This document shows, piece after piece, positions 35,402-46,100 of a stretch of DNA of 64,000 nucleotides. The translations under genes were made by a program, and so were the position numbers. The stretch is from contig JBHGNT010000010.1 of NCBI GenBank assembly GCA_043228905.1, forward strand, positions 12,338,001-12,402,000. The letters run 5' to 3'. Within the stretch, counting starts at the first letter, position 1, and every line of letters starts with the position of its first letter. The stretch comes from Azolla caroliniana (lineage: Eukaryota; Plantae; Polypodiophyta). The notes beneath the pieces are model-generated. The model had not been told where the DNA came from. It did no database searches and worked only from the letters and a program-made list of their open reading frames with translations.

Positions 35402-35720
35402 CGGAGCCGGATGATGAAGACCCCGGCTACGGAGCCGGATGTTGAAGACCCCGGTTCCGGAGCCGGATGATGAAGATCCGGTTCTGGATCCGGATGATGA
35501 AGACCCGGTTCCGGAGCCGGATGATGAAGACCCCGGCTACGGAGCCGGATGATGAAGACCCCGGTTCCGGAGCCGGATGATGAAGATCCGGTTCTGGATC
35601 CGGATGATGAAGACCCGGTTCCGGATCCGGATGATGAAGACCCGGTTCCGGATCCGAATGATGAAGACCCGGTTCCGGATCCGGATGATGAAGACCCCGG
35701 CTACGGAGCCGGATGACGAA
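35402..35720 (+). repeat. 27/28-bp CCGG-rich tandem array in LTR U3 (also about 40367-40658)
   Basis: Units of the type CCGGATGATGAAGACCC(C)GGTTCCGGA. Confidence 0.9.
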
Positions 35721-36216
35721 TGTACCCGGAGAGAGATCCGGATGCGGGGACATATTTGTGAATATGTTTGCCAAAGGCCCCTTGAGGCTATATTTGTAAA
35801 TAGCCCGAAAGTCATATGTGTATAAATATGACTTAGGGCAAACAGTTTAAATGTTGTTGCTCATTTTATGTTTTCAGCCGAGAGAGCGAAGTGAGAGCAG
35901 CCGAGAGAGAGAGAGAGAAAGGAAGAGGTCGACGCCTCTGTGTAATACCGCCGCCTGTGGCGAATACAGTGAGCTCAAGGTTGTTGCCTTGTAGCTTCAC
36001 CATTGTATATCTCTGTGTATAGTGATAGTTGGAGTTTGAGAACTCTCGTGGTTTTTCCCATTTAGGGTTTTCCACGTAAAACACCCTGTGTACTCTTCTC
36101 TCTTTTGTCTTCGTGCATTTTGTATTTCCTGTTTTCTGTAAGTTGATCCTATTCCTCGGCTGTGGCCGAGCACTGTTTTTTCAACAAATTGGTATCAGAG
36201 CACGGTAACACAGAAA

Positions 36217-39200
36217 ATGGAAGGCGGCGGTAGTGGGCCTCCGGGCATGATGGTGTTGAACTCACAGAACTACGCCGACTGGAAGATAAAGATGGAAGAC
36301 CTTCTCATCGTCCGAGACCTGTATGAACCGATCGACAATGCCGAGATACCCAAGGGGGTAATAGAGTCGGAGTGGAAGCTCCTGAACCGGAAAGCCGTAG
36401 CGACGATCCGGCAATATGTCGATGTAAGCGTCCTACAACATGTGGCGAACGACACCAACGCATATGAGATGTGGAAGAAGCTGTCGGGCCTCTACGAGAG
36501 GAAGAATGCGTTGAACCGGACCTCCCTGATGAGGAAGATAGTGAACCTCAAGTACCGGGACGGCGAGAATATGGTGGAACACGTGAGCACGTTCATGGGA
36601 TTCGTGAACCAGCTTGCGGCGATCAAGTTCCCGTTGGAGGATGCAATGCAAGCCATCATTCTGATGTGTACATTGCCGGAAAGCTGGGAGAACTTGGTGG
36701 TGACTCTCAGCACCTCCTGCACCAAAGATAACTTGTCTCTACAAACGGTAAAGACAAGTATTTTGAACGAAGAAGCGCGTCGGAGAGATAAAGAACCGGT
36801 TTCCGATCCGAAGATGCTGCTTACCGAATCGAATCGGGGAAGACAATGGAACCGGAGTCCGCAAAGACGGGAGAAGTCGGGGACCCGATCGCAGTCAAGA
36901 GGAAGGCCCACATGCTTCCACTGTGGGAAGCCGGGGCACTTCCGGAAGAATTGTCGGCATTACCGAAAGGACAACGGAGCCGACGACACCGAGTCGAAGA
37001 AGTCACCGGAGAGAAACGGTGCATACCGGGGAGCCACGGACCGGAGAGGTCCGGATCGGAGAGGGCAGGACCGGAAAGGAACGACGGCACTCGCAGCAAG
37101 TGAAGAAGAGATAATGCTCATTACCGAAGAGAGGGAGCTGAACCTTGCCGGAGTAGAGATGACCTGGGTGGTCGATTCCGGAGCGTCGTTCCACCTGACC
37201 CCGGAGAAGAAATACTTCTCATCCTACACAGCCGGTGAGCACGGCTGTGTCCGGATGGGAAATGAAGGCACATGCCGGATTGCCGGCATAGGAGACGTGT
37301 GGCTGATGACATCAACCGGATGCAAGATGCTGCTGAAGGATGTTCGACACGTTCCGGAGGTCCGATTGAACCTGATCTCGGCCGGGAGGCTAGATGATGA
37401 AGGCTACACGGGTAGCATCCGGAACGGTGTCATGAAGTTCAGCAAGGGGAGCCTGATAGTGGCTCGGGCCCGGAAGGTCAACACACTGTACCTGATGAAT
37501 TCCCGGCTATGTCCAGAGGAGCTGAACGTGGCAGCCGACACTGCCGGTGAGCTGTGGCACAAGAGACTGTGCCACATGAGTGAGAAGGGGATGAAGAGGC
37601 TTGCAGAAGACAACCTTATTCCAGTGAAGCATGTGCACCTGGAGAAGTGCACCGATTGCCTGGCCGGTAAGCAGAACCGAACCTCCTTCCACTCAAGGCC
37701 ACCGACGAGACGTAGCGCACCATTGGAGTTGGTGCATACTGATGTGTGTCAGGTAGAAACGAAGTCACACAGCGGAGCCCAGTACTTCGTGACATTCATT
37801 GATGATCACAGCCGGAAGCTGTGGACAGCACCGTTGAAGACAAAGGACCAAGTATTGTCCGTCTTCAAAGAACTCCACGCGAGACTGGAAAGGGAATCCG
37901 GCAAGAAGCTGAAAGCGATACGAGCGGATAACGGAGGGGAATACCGGGGGCAGTTCCAGGAGTACTGTCGCTCGAAGGGAATCCGGCTCGAGTTTACTGT
38001 GCCGAAGACGCCGGAACTGAACGGGCTGGCCGAGAGGATGAACCGGACCATAATGGAGAAGGTCCGGAGTATGCTGGCACATGCGAAATTACCCAAGGGG
38101 TTTTGGGCTGAGGCAATGTCGACGGCGACATACGTGATAAACAGATCACCCTCAGTACCTTTGGACGGAGACACGCCGCAGAAAGTGTGGACCGGTAAGG
38201 AAGTGTCCTACCGGCATCTGAAGGTGTTCGGGTGTCTCGCTTACGTGCATGTGGCAAAGGACCGGAGAGGAAAGCTAGATCCAAAGACCCGGCCATGCAT
38301 ATTCCTCGGTTACGGCGACGACGAGTTCGGCTACCGAGTATGGGACCCGGTCGACAAGAAGATATTCAGGAGTCGAGACATCATCTTCATGGAGGACAAG
38401 ACACTCGCCGACTTGGAGTCGGAGAAGAAGATGAAGAGCTCCAAGTCGACCGGTGAGGATCAACTCTACGAGGAGCAGTCCCGACCCGCAAGAGACCGGT
38501 TAGCACTCGAGGATCCGGCCGAAGACGGTGAAGAAACAGAACCGGCCGAAGAAGATGAAAATGATACCGGAACCGGCCCCGATCCCGAAATGGATTCGGA
38601 TGAAGAAGAATCGGAAGAACCAGTTACCGAAGCTCCGGAACGGAGATATCCTCTAAGGGAGAGAAGGGCCCCCCGGAGATTTCCGGAACCAGAGCACGTG
38701 CTGCTAACCGACGAGGGGGAGCCGGAGAGCTTTGAAGAAGCAAAGCATGACACCCAGAGCCGCAGGTGGTTGAGTGCCATGCAGGACGAGATGGATTCCC
38801 TGCATGAGAACCACACATATGAACTTGTGGAGCTGCCGAAAGGAAAACGGGCACTCCGTAACAAGTGGGTGTTCAAGCTGAAACCGGGAGATGTCGGAAA
38901 CCCCCCGAGATACAAAGCCAGGATCGTGGTGAAGGGGTTTCAGCAGAAGAAGGGCGTCGACTTCGACGAGATATTTGCCCCGGTAGTGAAGATGACCTCT
39001 ATCCGGACGGTGCTGAGCATAGCGGCAAGCATGGACCTCGAAGTAGAGCAGATGGACGTGAAGACGGCATTCCTTCACGGTGACCTCGAAGAAGAAATCT
39101 ACATGCAGCAACCGGAAGGATTCGAGAAGAAAGGGAAGGAGCACCTGGTATGCCGGTTGAAGAAGAGCCTTTACGGACTGAAGCAGGCTCCCCGGCAATG

Positions 39201-40341
39201 GTACCGGAAGTTCGACTCCTTCATGACCGACGAAGGGTACCACAAAACGCAGTCCGATCACTGCGTGTTTGTGAAGAAGTTCGAAGGAGGAGACTCTCTA
39301 ATACTCCTCCTGTACGTGGACGACATGTTGATCGTCGGACGGGACCAGGTCAAGATACGGATGCTGAAGAAGGCTCTTCACCGAACCTTCTCAATGAAGG
39401 ACTTGGGTCCGGCGAGGCAAATATTAGGGATGCACATCATCCGGGACCGGAAGAAGAAGCAGTTGTGGCTGTCACAGGAGAAGTACGTGACAAAGGTGCT
39501 TCAACGGTTCAACATGTCGGAAGCAAGACCGGTCGGGTCAACCCTCCCGGCAAACTGCAAGTTGTCCAGCAAGCAAAGTCCCAAGACAAAGGCTGAGAAG
39601 GAGGACATGATGAAAGTGCCATATGCCTCTGCCGTCGGAAGCTTGATGTACGCAATGGTGTGTACAAGACCGGACATTGGATACGCAGTCGGAGTGGTGA
39701 GCCGGTACATGAGCAATCCCGGCAAAGAGCATTGGAACGCGGCCAAGTGGATACTCCGATACCTGAAGGGCACGGCAAACGTGTGCCTCCGATTCGGCTC
39801 CGGTAAGCCCGAACTCGACGGCTTTACCGATTCGGATATGTCGGCTGATGCAGATACCAGCCGGTCCACATCAGGGTATGTGATGACGTACGTAGGGGGA
39901 GCTGTTTCATGGCAGTCGAGGCTGCAGAAGACGGTTGCGTTGTCAACCACGGAGGCGGAGTACATGGCGGCTATTGAAGCCGGCAAGGAAATAATATGGA
40001 AGAAGGACTTCATTAGAGAGCTCGGTATCCAGCAGGAGGAGTACCGACTCTACTGCGACAGTCAGAGTGCCATCCACCTTGCGAAGAACGCGGCTTATCA
40101 CTCCCGGATGAAGCACATCCAGCGAAGATATCACTGGATCCGGGAAAGGATAGAAGACAAGGAGTTTGTGCTGACGAAGGTCCACACGGACGAGAACGGG
40201 TCGGATATGCTGACCAAGTGCTCACACCCGACAAGCTGGAAGCATGCCGGAAGAGGATCGGATTGGAGAGACATCCCATGCCGAAGTGAAGGGGGAGTTT
40301 GTTGGGATTTCGGTCCCTCCGGATGGGACGTCCGGAGATGA
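36217..40341 (+). CDS. Copia Gag-Pol polyprotein (gag, CCHC, PR, INT, RT, RNase H); 1-bp frameshift near the C-terminus (about 40218)
   Basis: All domains in copia order. ACCAAGTGCTC here versus ACCAAGGTGCTC in the sister copy. Confidence 0.93.
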   Translation: MEGGGSGPPGMMVLNSQNYADWKIKMEDLLIVRDLYEPIDNAEIPKGVIESEWKLLNRKAVATIRQYVDVSVLQHVANDTNAYEMWKKLSGLYERKNALNRTSLMRKIVNLKYRDGENMVEHVSTFMGFVNQLAAIKFPLEDAMQAIILMCTLPESWENLVVTLSTSCTKDNLSLQTVKTSILNEEARRRDKEPVSDPKMLLTESNRGRQWNRSPQRREKSGTRSQSRGRPTCFHCGKPGHFRKNCRHYRKDNGADDTESKKSPERNGAYRGATDRRGPDRRGQDRKGTTALAASEEEIMLITEERELNLAGVEMTWVVDSGASFHLTPEKKYFSSYTAGEHGCVRMGNEGTCRIAGIGDVWLMTSTGCKMLLKDVRHVPEVRLNLISAGRLDDEGYTGSIRNGVMKFSKGSLIVARARKVNTLYLMNSRLCPEELNVAADTAGELWHKRLCHMSEKGMKRLAEDNLIPVKHVHLEKCTDCLAGKQNRTSFHSRPPTRRSAPLELVHTDVCQVETKSHSGAQYFVTFIDDHSRKLWTAPLKTKDQVLSVFKELHARLERESGKKLKAIRADNGGEYRGQFQEYCRSKGIRLEFTVPKTPELNGLAERMNRTIMEKVRSMLAHAKLPKGFWAEAMSTATYVINRSPSVPLDGDTPQKVWTGKEVSYRHLKVFGCLAYVHVAKDRRGKLDPKTRPCIFLGYGDDEFGYRVWDPVDKKIFRSRDIIFMEDKTLADLESEKKMKSSKSTGEDQLYEEQSRPARDRLALEDPAEDGEETEPAEEDENDTGTGPDPEMDSDEEESEEPVTEAPERRYPLRERRAPRRFPEPEHVLLTDEGEPESFEEAKHDTQSRRWLSAMQDEMDSLHENHTYELVELPKGKRALRNKWVFKLKPGDVGNPPRYKARIVVKGFQQKKGVDFDEIFAPVVKMTSIRTVLSIAASMDLEVEQMDVKTAFLHGDLEEEIYMQQPEGFEKKGKEHLVCRLKKSLYGLKQAPRQWYRKFDSFMTDEGYHKTQSDHCVFVKKFEGGDSLILLLYVDDMLIVGRDQVKIRMLKKALHRTFSMKDLGPARQILGMHIIRDRKKKQLWLSQEKYVTKVLQRFNMSEARPVGSTLPANCKLSSKQSPKTKAEKEDMMKVPYASAVGSLMYAMVCTRPDIGYAVGVVSRYMSNPGKEHWNAAKWILRYLKGTANVCLRFGSGKPELDGFTDSDMSADADTSRSTSGYVMTYVGGAVSWQSRLQKTVALSTTEAEYMAAIEAGKEIIWKKDFIRELGIQQEEYRLYCDSQSAIHLAKNAAYHSRMKHIQRRYHWIRERIEDKEFVLTKVHTDENGSDMLTKCSHPTSWKHAGRGSDWRDIPCRSEGGVCWDFGPSGWDVRR

Positions 40342-43195
40342 ATGACGGCAAGCCCGGTTGCGGTTACGGAGCCGGATGATGAAGACCCCGGCTACGGAGC
40401 CGGATGATGAAGACCCCGGTTCCGGAGCCGGATGATGAAGATCCGGTTCTGGATCCGGATGATGAAGACCCGGTTCCGGAGCCGGATGATGAAGACCCCG
40501 GCTACGGAGCCGGATGATGAAGACCCCGGTTCCGGAGCCGGATGATGAAGATCCGGTTCTGGATCCGGATGATGAAGACCCGGTTCCGGATCCGAATGAT
40601 GAAGACCCGGTTCCGGATCCGGATGATGAAGACCCCGGCTACGGAGCCGGATGACGAATGTACCCGGAGAGAGATCCGGATGCGGGGACATATTTGTGAA
40701 TATGTTTGCCAAAGGCCCCTTGAGGCTATATTTGTAAATAGCCCGAAAGTCATATGTGTATAAATATGACTTAGGGCAAACAGTTTAAATGTTGTTGCTC
40801 ATTTTATGTTTTCAGCCGAGAGAGCGAAGTGAGAGCAGCCGAGAGAGAGAGAGAGAAAGGAAGAGGTCGACGCCTCTGTGTAATACCGCCGCCTGTGGCG
40901 AATACAGTGAGCTCAAGGTTGTTGCCTTGTAGCTTCACCATTGTATATCTCTGTGTATAGTGATAGTTGGAGTTTGAGGACTCTCGTGGTTTTTCCCATT
41001 TAGGGTTTTCCACGTAAAACACCCTGTGTACTCTTCTCTCTTTTGTCTTCGTGCATTTTGTATTTCCTGTTTTCTGTAAGTTGATCCTATTCCTCGGCTG
41101 TGGCCGAGCACTGTTTTTTCAACAGATACAACGTGCACACGAACTACCGGAGCAGCAACGATACCCCCGGCGGCCCGGAGGACGACAGGTCGGATACCGT
41201 GCCGACTCCAGAACCGGAACCGTTCGACCAGGGCTATCCGGAACCGCAAACGGAAGCCGTCAACCCACCAACACCGGAAGTGGAAGAAGCAAAGCCACCG
41301 ACACCAACGAAAGAGCCGGCGAAGGTACCGGAAGAAGAGCCGGTGAAGGAACCGGAAAAAGAACCGGAAGAGGAACCGGAAAATGCACCGGAAGTGGAAC
41401 CGGAGAGAAAACCGGAAAGATATCAACAAACGCCACTAAACCGCGGCCTAATACTGGACGACGACATGCCGTTCCAATACTCAAAGTATCGCGATGATCC
41501 GGACGCGGAAGCGCATGTTCATGCCTTCGAGCAGACATGGGAAGCAAATCACGCGTCCCAGCGATTGACACCGGAGGAAGAAGAACGCTCGAAGATAGCG
41601 GAATTCGGGGTCACGTTGGAAGGACCAGTGGCACGATGGCGGCGGACGCAGGACCCGGAGACCATCACAACCTTTGCAGAATTAAAAGCAAAATTCTTGC
41701 ATTTTTTCCACAAGGAGGTCGACCAGACGATAATGGTGGGCTTGTTTTATACGATCCGACAGGAGGCAGGGGAAAGCATTCCCCAATTCGTCATCCGTTT
41801 CCAACGAATGCATAGCCAGCTTGCCCGTGCACCCCCGGAGGAGGAATTACGGACGATATTTTTAAACGCACTCCGGGAACCGTTACGCATGGTGTGTACG
41901 GTGATCGACTTTCGAGGAAGCACCATTGACCAGGTCATTGACCGGGTCAGAGAAATGGAAAAGTCAAGCTCATGGCTTACACTGGGAGCACTTCAACGGG
42001 CGTTACCCACCGATGAAGATCTCCGGTTCCGGCAGGCAATTCAATGCACAATCTGCTTGAATGCCGGACACTCGGCAGTGGAGTGCACCATGCGAACCCA
42101 GTGTGTGATTTGTCAATCCAAGAGTCATACAACGGACCGGTGCGAGTATAACCTGCTAAACCGACAAGCACCACCCGTCCGACGGATCGAGCCAAGAAGC
42201 AGCCGAGACGAAGATGAAGATCGTTGGCAAAGAATGAACCGGTACCGACCGGCACAGGATGTCCGGTACGGAGACAGACAAGAGAATGATGGCCGGTACG
42301 GGGATCGGCATGATAACTACGACCGGTATGAGCGATCGGACCGTTATCGGGAGTCCAACAGACGACACGAGCAATACGACAGAGACCATTCCCCTGGTTA
42401 CTGAAGGCACCAGGAGGACTACGGCCGATTTTACGATCCACCACGACAGGACTACCAAAATAAAAATAAGAATAATAAGAAACGTAATTTCAAGAAAGGT
42501 GGTCACCCTAGGGACCCGGAACATGGAACCCCAAGGAGCCAACCGGCACAGAACGCACCACTCACTACGGGACCGACTCCGGCTACCAGCAATGCTGAAT
42601 CCAGCAATACCCGTAAAGAGTACTGTTACTACTGCAGGCAGGAAGGCCACTACAGTAACCAGTGCCCGGCAAAGAGCTACGATAAACGACCAGCAGTTAA
42701 TATGGTGGTTCCAGAAGTGGCGGATGTACAGCAAGTAACCACACGGTCGAAAGGCATGGCCAAAGAGTGGGAAACACAAGAGGCCATACGAAAACAGGCG
42801 ACGGAATGGGTGAAGGAAGCCAATGAAAGGAACGTCGCGGACGCGGAACGGCAAAAGGCGAATACCATAGGGAGTGCCGGCGGTAGCCACGCAGAAAACG
42901 AGACATGGCAAGCACTACAAGAATGTCAGATCACGTTGCCATTAGGAAGACTCTTGCAGCTCGTGCCGCGATTTACGGAAGGACTAAAAACGGTCATGAC
43001 AGACGGTATAGCCCCACCGGCACCAGTCCTCTTCTCGAATCCGGAGAAGGGACCGACGGTGGTGGACACTAGTAGTCCGGTGATTACAGCTATTGTCAAA
43101 GGGCACGAACTTCCCGGCACAGTAATCGATGGAGGTTCCGGGGTGAACGTAATAAGCCTCCGCACGTGTGATGCCTTGGGTATACATGAATGGGA

Positions 43196-46100
43196 TGTTG
43201 GGATTACGGTCCCTTCGGATGGGATAGTCGGATGTCGGAGATGAATGCCGACGAGCCCGGTTTTGGTTTCGGAACCGGATGATGAAGACCCCGGCTTCGG
43301 AGCCGGATGACGAATGTACCCGGAGAGCGATCCGGATGCAGGGACATATCCGTGAATATGTTTGCTATGGGCCCCTGAGGCTATAGTTGTAAATAGCCCC
43401 AAAGTCATATATGTATAAATATGACTTAGGGCAAACTGTTTTATTGCTGCTGATCATTTTTCTGTTTTTCCACTCAAGAGGAGTGAAGAGGGAGCAGCCG
43501 TGAGAGAGAGAGAGAGAGAGAGATAGAGCGCGAGAGAGGAAGAGGACGACGCCTCTGTGTATTTCCGCCGCCTGTGGCGAGGACAGCGAGCTCAAGGTCG
43601 TCGCCTTGCAGCTCGCCATTGTATACTTCTCTTTGTATAGTGTTGGTTTGGAGTCTTGTACTCCCGTGGTTTTTCCCATCTAGGGTTTTCCACGTTAATC
43701 CTTGTGTATTCGTGTGTTTCCCTCTGTGGTTCCTATTTTCTGTTGCATTGATTCGCGATTACTCGGTTGTGGCCGAGTGCTGAAGGTGAATCGAAGCGTC
43801 GATTCCCAACAAACTGGTATCAGAGCGAGGTTCTGCAGAAAATGGAAGGCGGCGGCAGCGGGCAGCCGGGGATGATGGTGCTGAATGCGCAGAATTACGC
43901 CGACTGGAAGATCAAGATGGAGGATCTTCTGATTGTTCGGGACCTGTACGAACCGATTGACAGGTCGGAAATACCGAAGGGGGTACTTGAGTCGGAATGG
44001 AGGCTTCTGAACCGGAAAGCCGTTGCAACCATTCGGCAATACGTCGACGTGAGCGTTCTACAACATGTGGCGAACGACACCAACGCATATGAGATGTGGC
44101 GGAAGCTGTCGGGCCTCTATGAGAGGAAGAATGCGTTGAACCGGACCTCCCTGATGAGGAAGATAGTGAATCTCAAGTACCGGGACGGCGAGAGTATGGT
44201 GGAACACGTAAGCACGTTCATGGGATTCGTGAATCAGCTTGCGGCGATCAAGTTCCCGTTGGAGGATGCAATGCAAGCCATCATCCTGATGTGTACATTG
44301 CCGGAAAGCTGGGAGAACTTGGTGGTGACTCTCAGCACCTCCTGCACCGAAGATAACTTGTCCTTACAAACGGTAAAGACAAGTATTTTGAACGAAGAAG
44401 CGCGTTGGAGAGATAAAGAACCGGCCTCCGACTCGAAGGCGCTGCTTACCGAATCGGATCGGGGAAGACAATGGAACCGGAGTCCGCAAAGACGGGAGAA
44501 GTCGGGGACCCGGTCGCAGTCAAGAGGAAGGCCCACATGCTTCCACTGTGGGAAGCCGGGGCACTTCCGAAAGAATTGTCGGCATTACCGAAAAGACAAC
44601 GGAACCGACGACACCGATTCGAAGAAGTCACCGGAGAGAAACGGTGCATACCGGGGAGCCACGGACCGGAGAGGTTCGGATCGGCGAGGGCAAGACCGGA
44701 AAGGAACAACGGCACTCGCGGCAAGTGAGGAAGAAATCATGCTCATCACCGAAGAAGGTGAACTAAACATTGCCGGCGATGAGACGACCTGGGTGGTCGA
44801 TTCCGGAGCATCGTTCCACCTGACCCCGGAGAGAAGATACTTCTCATCCTACACAGCCGGTGAGCATGGCTGTGTTCGGATGGGAAATGAAGGTACGTGC
44901 CGGATTGCCGGCATAGGAGACGTGTGGTTGACAACCCCGACCGGATGCAAAATGCTGCTGAAGGATATCCGACACGTTCCGGAGGTTCGATTGAACCTGA
45001 TTTCGGCCGGGAGGCTAGACGATGAAGGCTACACAGGTAGCATCCGGAACGGCGTAATGAAGTTCAGCAAGGGGAGCCTGATAGTGGCTCGGGCCCGGAA
45101 AGACAACACACTGTACCTGATGAATGCCCGGTTATGTCCGGAAGAGCTGAATGTGGCAGCCGACACTGCCGGTGAGCTGTGGCACAAAAGACTGTGCCAC
45201 ATGAGTGAGAAGGGGATGAAGAGGCTTGCAGAAGACAACCTTATTCCAGTGAAGCATGTGCACCTGGAGAAGTGCACCGATTGCCTGGCCGATAAGCAGA
45301 ACCGAACCTCCTTCCACTCAAGGCCACCGACGAGACGTAGCGCACCATTGGAGTTGGTGCACACTGATGTGTGTCAGGTAGAAACGAAGTCACATGGCGG
45401 AGCCCAGTACTTCGTAACATTCATTGATGATCACAGCCGGAAGCTGTGGACGGCACCGCTGAAGACAAAGGACCAAGTGTTGTGCGTCTTCAAAGAACTC
45501 CACGCGAGAGTGGAAAGAGAATCCGGCAAGAAGCTGAAAGCGATACGAGCGGATAACGGAGGGGAATACCGGGGGCAGTTCCAGGAGTACTGTCGCTCGA
45601 AGGGAATCCGGCTCGAGTTTACTGTGCCGAAGACGCCGGAACTAAACGGGCTGGCCGAGAGGATGAACCGGACCATAATGGAGAGGGTCTGGAGTATGCT
45701 GGCGCATGCGAAATTACCCAAGGGGTTTTGGGCTGAGGCAATGTCGACGGCGACATACGTGATAAACAGATCACCCTCAGTACCTTTGGACGGAGACACG
45801 CCGCAGAAAGTGTGGACCGGTAAGGAAGTGTCCTACCGGCATCTGAAGGTGTTCGGGTGTCTCGCATACGTGCATGTGGCAAAGGACCGGAGAGGAAAGC
45901 TAGATCCAAAGACCCGGCCATGCATATTCCTCGGTTACGGCGACGACGAGTTCGGCTACCGAGTATGGGACCCGGTCGACAAGAAGATATTCAGGAGTCG
46001 AGACATCATCTTCATGGAGGACAAGACACTCGCCGACTGGGAGTCGGAGAAGAAGATGAAGAGCTCCAAGTCGACCGGTGAGGATCAACTCTACGAGGAG

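Larger units (their letters stand above)
35335..41124 (+). mobile_element. Young full-length Tnt1/Tork-like Ty1/copia
   Basis: LTRs 35335-36186 and 40300-41124 differ by one 27-bp repeat unit and about 2 substitutions. TSD GATAC. PBS 36190-36201. PPT 40288-40297. Confidence 0.97.

Noticed and set aside
35402-35720. CRISPR-like array of 27/28-bp repeats (also 15030-15210 and 55230-55440)
   Set aside because: No unique spacers and no cas genes. These are U3 tandem repeats inside LTRs.
40218-40341. Novel C-terminal extension or programmed frameshift of copia Pol
   Set aside because: Single G deletion relative to the sister copies, so a mutation or sequencing error.
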